Below, piece after piece: positions 1-13,622 of a stretch of 64,000 nt of DNA. Every line of letters begins with the position of its first letter. Position 1 is the stretch's first letter. The position numbers were made by a program, and so were the translations under genes. Under the pieces are notes generated by a model that was given only the letters and a program-made list of their open reading frames with translations, did not search any database and was not told the origin of the DNA. Source of the DNA: the human T2T-CHM13v2.0 reference genome, Homo sapiens; the NCBI RefSeq assembly GCF_009914755.1, contig NC_060925.1, one strand, 5' to 3'.

Positions 1-352
1 GGAGTTTTAACAAAATCAAACTAAAATATATTTAACATAAACATCTATTTGGCAGGAGGTTTTTTAAAGACAAATGAAAGCTAAATTTTAACAATTTATA
101 GAGAGAAATGTATAAATTTAAAAACTGATATTTAAAATCATGCTCAAATTACAACAGATTAACATCATTACTTAGCCTAATTAATTCAATTAAGTTACTT
201 TTCACCATTCAAAAAATAATAACTAAATGAAGAAGAAGGCAGTAATGGAGAAACTGAGAGACAAAAAAAGCTATAGGCACATAGGAAACAAATAGCAAAA
301 GAGCAGAGGTCTCTCCTTATAATAACTTTTACTGTAAGTAGATTAAACTCTC

Positions 353-2842
353 TGCTATGGTTTGAATATAATTTGCTCCCCCACTAAAACTCATGTTGAG
401 GCTTGATCTTCAATGCAATATTGTTGGGAGGTGAAGCCTAGTAGGAAATGTTTGGGTCATGGGAGTGGATCCCTCATAAATAGCATGCCATGTTTTGGTA
501 ATGAGCTCTCAGTCTCATGGGACTGGATCGGTTACCATGAGAGTGGGTTGTTGTAAAGCAGGGCTGCATCTCATATTTGCACTTTTTGCACGTCTGCCTA
601 CTTTCTGCTTCACCATAATATTGTGACACAACTTGTGGCCCTCACCAGAAGCCCAGCAGATGCCAGCCAGTACCATAGTTTTGGACTTTCCAGCCACCAG
701 AATTGTGAGCCAAATAAATCTCTTTCCTTTATAAGCTACATAGCCGCAGGTATTCAGTTATAGCAACACTAAACAAAGACAGAAAATTGGTACTGAGGAA
801 TGAGGTGTTGCTATACAGATATCTAAAAATGTGCAGTAGCTTTAGAATTGGGTAACTAGTAGAGGCTGAAAGAGGAACAGTCTAGAAAAAGCCTAGATTC
901 TAATGAAGGCTTAGAAGACAAGAAGACTAGAGAAAGTCTGGAACTCCTTAGAGATTCATTAAGTGGTTGTGACCAAAATGCTGACAGAAATATGGAAAGT
1001 AAAGTCTGTTCTTTTGAGATCTCAGATGGAAATAGGAAATATCTTATTGGAAACTGCCATAAAAGGCATTCTTGTTACACATTCATAAACAAAGAAACAA
1101 AAAAAACTTGGGTGCATTGTCTCCATCCCCTAGGGCTTTATGGAAGGCAGAATTTAAGAGTGATGAACTAGTATATCTAGAGGAAGGAATATCCAAGCAG
1201 CAAAGCATGCAGGAAGCAGCATGGTTATTTTTAACTGCTTACAATGAATTACAGGAGCAAAGGATAATCTATAGGCAAAATGTACACTTAAAAGGGAAAT
1301 AACATAAAAATTTGGAAAATTCTCAGCCTGGCCATGTGGTAGAGAATGAAAGAGCATATTTAGGAGAAGAATCCAACAGTGCATCTGAGAAACTGGTTGT
1401 TAAAGGGATTAGTACTGATAGACAAAAAAGCCAATAGCTAATTGTGAAGACAATGAGGAAAAGACCCAAAAAGTATTTCAGAAATCTTAAGAGGTTGCCC
1501 CTCCCATCACAGGCCCAGAGGCATAGGAGGAAAGAATGGCTTTGGGAGATGGGCCTAGGGCACCTTCCATAGGTTTGCTGCCCAGGGTTGCCTTGGGATG
1601 CTGCTCCCCATATCTTGACCATTCTGGCTGCTCCAGCAATGTCACAAGCAGCCCCAGGTATGGCTTGGGCCACCACTCTAAAGAGTGCAGATGGTAAGCC
1701 TTGGAAACATCTACATCCATGTGGTGCTAATTCCGAAGGTGTGCATAATGCAAGAGCAGCAGAGGCATGGCTGCCTCCACCAATATTTCAAAGGATGCTG
1801 CAGAAAGCCTGCGTGCCCAGGCAGAAGCTTCCCCCAAGGGATAAAGCTGCCACAGAGAGTCCCTACCAGGGCAATGCCTAGTGGAAATGTGGGAGTGGGG
1901 CCACTGCCCTCAAGACCCCAGAATGCCACCAGCAGCATTCAGTGCCTACCAGGAAAAGCTACAGGCACTGGACTCCAAGGTGTACAAGCAGCCACATAAG
2001 GTGCACCTACCAAAGCCATAGGGGTGGGGCTGCCTGAGGCACTGGGGGCCCAACTCCCATCTCAGTATGTCCAGCAGGTGGCACATGGAGTGGAAACTTA
2101 TTTTGGAGCTTTAAGATTTGTCTGCCCTGCTGGGTTTCAAATTTGCTTTGGGCCAGTTATTCACTTCTTTGGGCCTTCTACCCCTTTTTGAAGTGGGAAT
2201 GTTAACCCAATATGTATGCTACCATTGTATCTTGAAAGTAAATAACTTGATTTTTTATTTTATGGGCTCACAGCTGGAAGGAACTAGTCTTGAGTCTCAG
2301 ATGAGACTTTGGACTTTGGACTTTTGGGTTGGTGCTTGAATGAGTTAAAACTTTGGGGACTATTGGGATGGGATGAATGTGTTTTGCATTGTAAGAAGAA
2401 TGTGAGTTTTTCGGGGGGAGGGGGCAAACGCATTGGTTTAAATATGGTCTGTTCCATATTCATATCAATGCAGCAGTGCTGGGAGGTGAAGAATAGCAGG
2501 TAGTGTTTGGGTCAGGGGGGCAGATCACTCATTAATGGGTGAATGCTGTTTTGCAGGAGTGAGTTCTCACTCTTGCACAACTGAATTAGTTACCACGAGA
2601 GGGGATTGCTATAAGGTGAGGCTCCCTCTCATGTTTACCTTCTTTGCACATGCCTGTCTATCATTCTGCTTCTCTACCATGTTATTATGCTGCACAAGGC
2701 CCTCACCAGAAGTCAAACAAATTCTGGCACCAGGTATTTGGACTTTTCAGCCACCACAGTTATAAGCCAAATAAATCTCTTTTCTTTATAAATCATTCAA
2801 CTTCAGGTATTCTGTTGTAGCAACACTAAATAGACTAAGACA
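353..2842 (+). mobile_element. Full-length MaLR (MST-family) LTR element: LTR 353-781, internal 782-2428, LTR 2429-2842
   Basis: Two similar LTRs starting tgctatgg/cgcattgg and ending aagaca. MST-int start gaaaattggtac. 5-bp TSD ctctc (348-352) / atctc (2843-2847), with the L1 sequence resuming across it. Confidence 0.85.
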
Positions 2843-4426
2843 ATCTCCAATCAAAAGATAAAAATTGGCAGAATTGAATGAAAAGTAATCCAACTATATG
2901 CTGTCTACAAAAGATTCACTTTAAAACCAAAGATGTAAATAGTTTGAAAGTGAAAGGATGATAAAAAGATACTCCATGAAAATTGTTATCAAAAGAGAGC
3001 TAGGGCAGCTACACTAATATCATAAAAAATAGACGTCAAATTTTTAAGGTTTACAAGAGAAAAATAAGGACATTGTATGATATAGCAAGAAGATATAACC
3101 ATGTTAAACACTTTGTGCACCTAATAATAGACTGTCAAAACATATAAAGCCAAAATTGACAGAAATGAAAGGAGATATAAATTGTTCTACTTAATAGTTG
3201 GAAACTGCAATAATATATTTTTTATAATGGATAAAACAGACAAGAGATAGATAAGGAAATAGAGGGCTTGAACAACACAATAAACCAACTACAGCTAACA
3301 GACTTATACAGACATATGCAGAACAACCAACAAAAGCAGAATACACATGTTTCTCAAATGCCCATGGAACATTCTCTAGAATAAACCATATGCTAAGTCT
3401 CTGTAGATTTTAAAATATATATATCATATAAAGTATCTCCTCCAACTACCTCAGGATGAAATTAGGAATCAATAACAGAAGAAAACTGGAAAACATATGA
3501 GCAAGTTAAACAACACACTATTAAACAACTAAAGGATCAAAGAAGAAATCACAAAGGGATTAGAAAATACTTTGAGATGAATAAAAAGAACAGCATAACA
3601 TACTAAAATGTATGGGATGCAGTGAACACAGAGCTCAGAGAGAAATTTATAGCTGTAAATATCTACATTGAAAAAGAAGAAAGACTTCTCAAAATATTTC
3701 AAATAATTGAAGAGGAGGGAAAACTTCTTAACTCATTCTGAGGCCAGCTTTACTCAATGTCAAAGTCAGACAAAGACACTGCAAGAAAAGAAAACTACAG
3801 ACCAATATCTCTTATCAATATTGATGCAAAAATTTTCAACAAAACACTAGCAAATCGAATTCAACAGCACGCTACAAGAATTATACACCACTTCCAAGTG
3901 GGATTTATTCCTGGAAAGATAGTTCAACAAATGAAAACCATCCATGTAATATGCAACATTAACAGAATAAAGCAGGGAAAAACAGCTCGGGATCATCTCA
4001 ATTGATGCAGAAAAAGCATTTGATGAAATTTAACATACTTTTATGATTAAAAAGAAACAACAAACTAGAAATAGAAAAAACCTACCACAATATAATAAAG
4101 GCCATATGTTAAAAACCCACAACTAACATCACACTCAATGGTAAATAACCGACAGCTTTTCCTCTAAGATCAGGAACAAGGCAAAGAGTCCATTTTTACC
4201 ACTTCTATTCAACATAGTATTGAAAATCATAGCCAGAGTAATCGAGCACTAGAAAGACGTAAAGGGCATCTAAATCAGAAAGGAAGAAGTAAAATTATCT
4301 CTGTTCTTTGACAACGTTATGTTATATGCATAGAAAATCCTAAGGATTTTACCCAAAAAAAGTTAGAAATAATAAATGAATTCAGCAAAGTTACAGGATA
4401 CAAAATCAACATGCAAATATCGTTGC

Positions 4427-4733
<307 letters not shown>

Positions 4734-5014
4734 TCAGCTGCATTTTCATATACTAACAATAAACAATCCAAAAAGGAAATTAAAACACAACTCCAACAAC
4801 ATCAAAAAGAATAAAACACTTAGGAATAAACAACCAAGGAGGCAAAAGAATTGTACACTAAAACTAGAAAACATTGCTGAAAGAAATTAAAGAAAACACA
4901 AATAAATGGAGAGACATTCCATTTTTATCATTGGAAGACTTAGTATTGTTAAGATGTCAATACAACCCAAAGCAATCTACAGATTCAGTACAATCCCTAT
5001 CAAAATCCCAGTGA

Positions 5015-5373
<359 letters not shown>

Positions 5374-8300
5374 TCAAGAGATCCCAAATAAGCAAAACAA
5401 CATTGAAAAGAACAAAGTTGCAGCTCTTAGATATCCTGGTTTTAAAACTTACTACAAAGCTACAAGCAATCCAAACAGTATGGTATGAGCATAAACACAG
5501 ACATACTGACAAGTGGAATAGAATAGATATCCCAGAAATAAACCCTTATGTATACAGTCAAATGACTTTCAACAGGGTGCCAAGAACATTCAATGGGGAA
5601 AAGATAGTCTGTTTAACAAATGACATTGAAAAACTAGATATCCACACATAAATAATGAAGTTAGATCATTACAGCATATATAAAAATAATTCAAAATTGA
5701 TCAAAGACTTAAACATAAGAACTAAAATTACAAAAAATCCTAATATATAGGAAAAAAGCTTAATTGCATTGGATTTGTCAATAATTCTTGGATATGACAC
5801 CAAAACCACAGGCAACAAAAGAATAAAGATAAATTATAGTATATCAAAGTTTACAATTTCTATGCATCAAAGGTCACAATCAACAGTGAAAAGACAACTC
5901 ATGGAATGAGAGAAGATATTTGCAAATTGTATATCTGATAAGGGATTAATATCCAGAATATATGTATATAACTTTTACAATTTAACATAAAATGAACAAT
6001 GTAATTTTAAAATGAGCAAAGAATTTAAATAGGCATTTCTCCCAATAAGATATACACATGACCAGTTAGCATATGAAAAGATGCTCAATATCAATATCAC
6101 TCATAATTAGGGAAATGCAAATTAAAACCTCAATAAGACCACTTCATTAATGAGAATGGCTATTATAAAAAAAAAACAGAAATTAACAAGCATTGGCAAG
6201 AATGAGAAGAAACTGGAACCCTTTTGCATTGTTGATGGGAATGTAAAATGTCACAGCAGCTATTGAAAATAACATGGAAAGTTCTCCAAAAACTGAATAT
6301 AGAATTACCTTATGATCCAGCAGTTCCATTCTGGGTATTACAAGATGGTCCTCAGATAGCCTTGGCCAACCAAGCTTTTTCCCTCTTCTTGTTCATAGCT
6401 CTCAGAATAACTGTAGAATGTGCTGGGAATGCAACGTCTTGAGATAGGGAGGGAAGGAAATTCCACAAGATGGATGAATCTTGAAGACATTATGCTAAGT
6501 GAAATAAGCCAGGCACAAAAAGACAAATTTTGCATGATCTACTTATATGAGGTACGTAAAGTAGTCAAATTCATAGAGACAGAAGGTAGAATGGCGGTTG
6601 CCAGGGGCTGGGAGAGGGGAAAATGAGAAGCTGTTTAATGGGCTCAGAGGTTCAGTTGGGGAAGATGAAAAAGTTTGGGAGATGGATGGTGATGGTTGCA
6701 CAACAAGGTCAAGGTACTAAATGTCACTGAACTGTACAGTTAAAAATGGTAAAATAATAAGTTTTGTTATGTTTATTTTTGCCACAATGAAAAGAGAGAT
6801 TTTATAAAGGGTGACTAAATTAAGTCACTATATAGTAAATGAACACATGCAAAAAAGAAAGGGAGGCACCTCCTTACTGCCAGACAGGGGTGGAAGTCCA
6901 GGCTCATCATAAGGTCTCCACTGACAACCACTAACCACCAGTGATGAAAGTTGCTGTGCCCTACTCAGGCTTCTCTGACACCACTCCTGTGAGGGGTAGA
7001 GTCACTTCAACAATACCGACTCACAAGGGTGGAAGTATAGGCTCTCCACTCCTCTCTTGTTAGCATGGGTGGGAATGGGGCCACAGTTTTTTCTGTAGCG
7101 TTTGGCTGGAGTAGAGTTGTTATTGTTTTAAAGTGTTCTGTCTTGCTTGGCTGTCCTTTTTCTCACCCTTTGGCTAGAGCACAGGCTATTACTGGCACCT
7201 TTTTATCTGCACCCATGGGTGTTACAGGTGGCATGGAGTTTTCAATTCCAAGTGTAGAATATACGAGAACAACAACAAAACAACCCAGGGAACTCAGCAC
7301 CATGTTGTTTTTTGGATATGGGGATTCCTATCTGGTCTTCCTTCTTTTCTCTATATTTCAGTCTGCTTGTGATTATCGTATCCAGGGTTTTTAGTTGCAT
7401 TTTGTAAGAATAGAAAGAAGTATATCTACTCTGTCTTCCCAGAAGCAGAAGTCCATGTCACGTTTAGATTATTGATGTCTTATAAAAATCTTGGACTGTT
7501 AAATATGGGACTTTTAAGTTTTAGGGTTCCCTCCTCCCCCTAATATCCAGGTAATTCTCTCCGAGCTGGGAAATGTTGCACTTGGAACAGAATCATTCAT
7601 TGTTTAAACTGAGCCCTGTATCTTTTAGCAGCATATCAGTTAAGCAGTTCAAGTTTTTGCCACTGCCAAAGCAAAATTTAGATCCACCTGGGGGAGGCCC
7701 TGCTTACTCCACCCAATCACCTGGGGCTTGTCATTGACTCATTCCCTTGAGCCAAAGTCTTCCTTTGCTTTCAAAATATCCTCACAACATTTAAAACTCA
7801 CCAAAATTGAGCCTGGGTCTGTGCAAAACTCAGTATTTAATCCCCAGAGGCCATAACCTCAGACCTTGTGATGGAATCAGACCAGATTTTAATAATAAAG
7901 AACACTGAAAATTACAGTAGCCCAGTGTCTAGTACCACATTACATAGCTTCCTGAAATCTTGACTTCCATATTTCCTTATGGTTCTACCAGTCCTGGGAG
8001 AAGGAGACTTTTGTCTTGCCTGAGTTGACTTTTTTATTTGATGGGGGACTAAATCAGCATAATGAAATGCTAGAATGAGGCATTCCCCATATAGATGTTA
8101 GGGGTTTTTTTAGAACTATGGGGTCATTTCCCAGACAACTGCAACTTGCTGACATGTTCTGGGGTGGTTTCCCAGACAGCTGGAACATGCTGACATGTTC
8201 CCATTTACCCTCCCTGGCAGCAGAAAGATGGCCATGAACACCAGTTTAAATCCTTTAACTTTGTGTTGGGTATCTCTACTCTTGGGAGCAGTGCTTGGGT

Positions 8301-8439
8301 ATTCCCTGTTCCAAAATGACCTCAACTTCCTGGGCAATCAATACATGCACCTGCTTCTGCAGCCTGAATCAGAGTCTTTGTGCTTACACTTGTACATTTT
8401 CCTGATCATTCTCAGTTCTGGGGCAAGACAGGAGTTCCT

Positions 8440-9249
8440 GTTAGTGCAGAGGAACATTAGAAAATTGATGATTTAGGATATTACTAAATAGCAGTCATGA
8501 ATATGACCCAGTTATAGTGACTAACTGCACCCTGGCTCTCTCCATATGCATGGTAGGCTGATGGCCAGACCTAGCATACAGCTGGGAGATGCCCAGCACG
8601 ACCATCACCCACCTGCCAAATGTACCACAGATTCTAGGCTGATCCTTCACAGGCTATGCTAGACTTAGAGACACCACCCCACTTCACTGTTTGAAAATCA
8701 TTCTATGTCAGTATTAACAACCTTTCTATGTCAGTATCAGTGATCAGTCATATGGGGTTCAGGATACCAGTGAGATGCGCCATTGGAGGCCAGAAAGTCT
8801 GCCACCCGCAGTACTGCTGGAGGTCCCTTGGGGACCTTTGATTGGAAAAGTAATCTTTCCTAGGACCTCCAGCAGTACTGCGGGTGGCAGACTTTCTGGC
8901 CTCCAATGGCGCATCTCACTGGTATCCTGAACCCCACATGACTGATCACTGATACTGACATAGAAATGTTGTTAATACTGACATAGAATGATTTTCAAAG
9001 AGCGAAGTGGGGTGGTGTCTCTAGGTCTAACACAGCCTGTGAAAAATCAGCCTAGAATCTGTGGTACATTTGGCAGGTTGGTGATGGTCGTGCTGGGTAT
9101 CTCCCAGCTGTATGCTAGGTCTGGCCATCAGCCTACCATGCATATGGAGAGAGCCAGGGTGCAGTTAGTGACTATAACTGGGTCATATTCATGACTGCAA
9201 TTTAATAATATCCTAAATCATCAATTTTCTAATGTATCTCTGCACTAAC
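8440..9249. repeat. Long inverted repeat: arms 8440-8826 and 8863-9249, 36-bp spacer
   Basis: Manual alignment of the left arm to the reverse complement of the right arm: 387 bp each, no indels, 16 mismatches. The innermost 74 bp are perfect. Confidence 0.97.
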
Positions 9250-11154
9250 TAAGTGTTGTTTCACATTTGATTGGATTTGTTGCCTGAAGCTCCACAGTCT
9301 CCCCGCTCCAGTAGGAGTGACAGATCTCTTGAACATGGCTCACCACCAAGGGATGTTACCTCAGGACTCTTCCCATTCTGCAGGCAATTTCCTCCAGACT
9401 GGAGACATGAAGGAAAGACAGCAGGGCATGCATAAAATTTCTCAAAGGATTGCAAGATTTAAAGTATAAGAAGTCCTGCCTCGGCTAATCTCAGAATCTT
9501 CACCCACTAGTGTGTATGTAGTTAGTTATGTGGGTTCCTCTTCTTTTTATTCTTTCAAACCTCTGGGTCTATGGTATCAGAGGACAGAAAACTATTAGAT
9601 GCCCATTTCAGTGACCACTGCCTGCCCTTCCCCTTTTGCCAAAGGCTTCAGGGATGAGCTCTCCTGCTTTTCCCGGTGTGAGATCTTCCTGTTCTGAGGA
9701 TATATCAATCCCTGCCCTGACACTTGCCCATTCTCCTGGGTGAACAAATCCTCACTCAACCTGGGAAAGCCCAAAGCTGGGAGGAAGACAACACACCTAT
9801 GGAGGAAAGGGTATCTGTGGAGTTGAAAGATGTTGGAAGAATCCCTTTACGGCAAACTGAAAGATACTCCAAGATTTCTGATTTCGCCAGTGGGGTGTCC
9901 TCTCCAGAGGATGCAGGATGCTCTAGAGAACAGAAGCCATAGCAGATCTGAAATCTGAGAAATCCTATATTCTCAGCTTGGTTAATAAACTGGCAAAAGC
10001 TCACCATGTTTCCCCTCATGGCTTAAAATTCTAACATAATTAACAAAGAAAAGAGTCAGCTTTTACCATCCACTGCAAAAGTCATATTTTTCTGGAACCT
10101 GTCCTTTGAAAATATAATTGATCATCTCTATCCTGCCTTGTCTTTGCTGCTGTACAGAAATAGGCTAGTGGCTCTTATCTGATTTCCCTGGACCACATCT
10201 GAAAGTGTTTGAACCTCCAAAATTGCCTGAAAAAAACCTTTTTACCTTTGTATGTTTGTAGTATTTGAAAGGATAAAGTGTCTGTATATTATAACACAAT
10301 CTCAAAGGAGCATGTTCAGAATGATGAGCCATGATTCCAGATAGTACCAAATTTGGAGTCCATCTGCTGCTGGACAGACCCATGTCTTATAGTTTAAGCC
10401 TTGGTTCTTGTTTGAAATATCCCAGTAAAATCATTTCTTCTCTGCTTCTAGTCCTGCAATTTATTCCCTTCTTGGTCACAGAATCTTGTTCTTTCTCAAA
10501 CATGCCTTTGACTTAAACCATTTAAATTTCTACTTCTGATTGAAAGCTTTCTGGGAACATTTACTTGTCCACTGTTCTAGAGGGTGAAACAACAAAGGTA
10601 TTACAAGATAAAATGCATATGGATGTGATTTCTTCAGTACCCTCTCTTCTCGCACTCATGCAGCAAGGCAAGCCTGGAGTGTGTACCTTCATATGTCAAC
10701 CCTCCTGCTTCTGCTTCCCCACAGACCCCAAATATAAACCCATCAGCAGAGAAAGACTTTACCTGGTAGCCTAGGCAAGTTCTGGTTTGCTTCACCTCTT
10801 ATGCTCACATCTTTACTCCCGGGGTAGAATGACTGAGGGAGAAGAAGTTTGTCAAGTCATGAAGGTCTACAGATTAGACTAAAAATAGCTACCTGTAGAA
10901 TTCTGGTCTGAAATTGCTAGTAAAAAAGTGTTAATTTGCAGTGTTTATTATTTGGTCAGTATTCCTTTCTAGAGTGGCTGACTGAAGATAATCAAGGTAT
11001 TATGTTTGCCTGACCTTAATATCTTATTCTCACCTAAACACCCCACACACTGACAGCATTGGGTGGGAATGGGAAGATTCCAACATGGGAAAATAAAGGC
11101 TTTTGCTGGGAAGGAGCTCCTAGCACTGGTGTAATCTCTTTTTCCACATTGAGG

Positions 11155-11664
11155 ACTACACTGGATATTCTGCATTAGAGCCACCCCATCCCACTCCCCC
11201 ACCACATCCATTCTCCTTCATCCTCTGCTGCTCTGTGCCCTAGGAGCTATGCCCTATGGACTGCATCAACCAGCCTCTCTGGCTTACAATTTGGCTCCAT
11301 CAATAGGAGGCACCAACGAGGGACCAGACAGCAGGAAGGAGAGAGGTCAAGGTATTTCCCCCCTTCCCACTCTCCCACCACCTGTTGGCTTAGCTTGGTG
11401 CCTTATCTCTGGCAGGAGCAATGTCTTCCACAATCGCAATTCCACCTGGTGGCCCCTCCAATTCTCACTGGGCTTTTGTAGCAGTCCTTCCTCTCCTTGC
11501 TCCTTCAGCTCTGAAGGTGGTGGCAGCTTTCCACCACGGCTGGTCTCTGGATGGCTCACTGTCTATAGTCTATTATTTAAGTCCTGTCCATATCATTCTA
11601 GGTAGTCCTTTCATTAAAGTCATTTTTTATTCATTAGGGTGGATTCTATTTCCAGCCTGATACA
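11155..11664 (+). mobile_element. Ancient ERVL-type solo LTR (LTR33-like)
   Basis: ctctgctgctctgtgccc...gactgcatcaacc start region, attaaa signal and ...ctgataca end. Boundaries are approximate. Confidence 0.5.
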
Positions 11665-12273
11665 AGGGATCTCTTCTAAAATTTAATCTTGAACTTTGGA
11701 CCTGATCTCTCCTGAGCATGTTAAGGCCCTTTACATCACTGCACTGTAGTTTGGAGCTAAAGCTTCAGGTAGCCATAGGGTGTGCATATTACCTCATCCT
11801 TTCTGCATGTATCTGGCTGGAACATCTCATGGGCAGAGGTGACTTGAGTTGGGCAGGATTTGTGTCTTCCTGAGTCCCTGGACCACACACAACACCTCTA
11901 ATATCATACCAATCCCATCATCATTTCTGACAAATGCCTGCTTGTCTCTTGATGTAGTCTGAGTAGACCTCTGCAGAGCAGCATTGATGTGGTATTGACA
12001 TGGTGTCACAATATTAGAAATTGTGTAACAAATCATGCATCTTGAATGGTAAAGGGGTTTTCCCTTTGAAACAGACCAAGCAAGTGACTTGAATCTCAGA
12101 AGGCCCAGAACTCGGCGTTCTCCACAAAGTCAAAATGAGTTGGAAAGCTTAGATATAGGATAAAGACACTTGACATTTTATGGAGCATTTCTGATCAATA
12201 CACAAACATCTGAGCAAGTCTGTAAAGGAGAAACAATTTACTTTCTCCTTATCCATGGGAGTGGGGAAAATGC

Positions 12274-12401
12274 TGATTGACAGAGAGCTTTTCTACTTCC
12301 TTTTTTCTATTTTATATAATCCCTACTGAACCACAGGGCCAAATCCTGGCTTCACGGTCCATGCAGACAAACAGCTGCCCTAAGGACCTAAGCTGCACCT
12401 G
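12274..12401 (+). promoter_or_regulatory. Candidate proximal promoter of the FCRLS pseudogene
   Basis: TGATTGACAG (PBX/PREP-MEIS decamer, 12274-12283). ACTTCC followed by T6 (ETS/PU.1-like on the - strand, 12295-12306). TATATAA (12313-12319), AACCACA RUNX site (12329-12335), E-boxes CAGCTG (12372) and CACCTG (12396). All lie within 165 bp upstream of the leader ATG. Confidence 0.45.
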
Positions 12402-12435
12402 ACAGTTGCTGGTAGAACTTCTTGCCTTAGCCCTT

Positions 12436-12466
12436 ATGCTGCTCTGGACACTACTTCTGGTCATTG
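12436..12466 (+). pseudogene. FCRLS: FCRLS leader exon S1 (MLLWTLLLVI)
   Basis: ATG plus 10 codons and 1 nt, then donor gtgggt. MLLW start is typical of FCRL2-5 signal peptides. Confidence 0.85.
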
Positions 12467-13106
12467 GTGGGTAGAATGCTAGAGCAGGACTGAGGTGGGC
12501 AGAATCACCTGTCCCTGGGCATCCCGGAAGCTATTCTTGAGCACATTCTTTCTGCTGGGATGAGTACGGTGGGCTTCAGCTCCTAACTCCGTAACAACAG
12601 ATACTATGCAAATGGGTATTGAGCAGAGCAGGGTTCCTAGGAAAAACAAAAAACTATGAATCTCTTTACTAAATATTCATTACTTCTCATTTATTTAACA
12701 TCCATTTCTGCTTTGATCTCTAGGAAAACTGGAAAATTTATTAAAAGGACATCAAAGAAATTTTCTGTCAGGGTGAATTCTAGTTCCAGCCCACATAAAT
12801 CCTACTCTGCCCTAACCCCCACTTCCACTCTAAGCTACTACATATCTGGCTGAACTCTTACTTCCCTAGACTTAGATTTCAGAGAGGCTTCAAATCTTGC
12901 TAACCGTAGAGGAGATCATGGCTTCTGCTGATAAATATGTCTCTCTTATATGGACTCAAACACAATGTTAGGCCTAGAATAGGAATGGAAGGATAAATGG
13001 TATCAGTGAAATATGAGAGGACACTTCCATTTCCTACATGGGCCTTCTGGGCTTCATGTTGCCCCCCAGGCAGGCAATGTATCTCAGACAAAATAGGATA
13101 CTTTAA

Positions 13107-13347
<241 letters not shown>

Positions 13348-13601
13348 TCCGTAGGAGCGTTGTTTGTTATTGATGGAAGGAAGAAAGGAAAGAAGGAAGA
13401 AGGAGGAAGAGAAGGAGGGGAAAAGAATAGAAGAAATGAGGGAGGTAGGATATAAGGGCAGAAAAAGTGGAGGTGGGGGGAAGAAACAGAAAGAAAGTTG
13501 GGGAAAGATAATTGTTGGAAAGTTCTCAAAGGGCTACAACTTTTTAAAGAGAGTAAGAATCCTGGTCCTGTGGTAACCTCTCTGACTCTGTTCCCTCATA
13601 G

Positions 13602-13622
13602 CTCCTGTCACCTTCCAGTCAG
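13602..13622 (+). pseudogene. FCRLS: FCRLS 21-nt leader mini-exon S2 (APVTFQS)
   Basis: ttccctcatag|CTCCTGTCACCTTCCAGTCAG|gtgagt. Exactly 21 nt and phase 1-1, the hallmark second leader exon of FCR/FCRL genes. Confidence 0.9.

Noticed and set aside
1072-2765. Cluster of 60-117 aa ORFs
   Set aside because: They lie in MST internal and LTR sequence, are frame-broken and are not host genes.
7500-10600. Faint Gypsy/PNMA gag- and protease-like words on the - strand (KVKRFFSG, LEYLSVCRKGIL, DPGS)
   Set aside because: Too short and scattered to support by eye. A Dfam or HMM search is needed.
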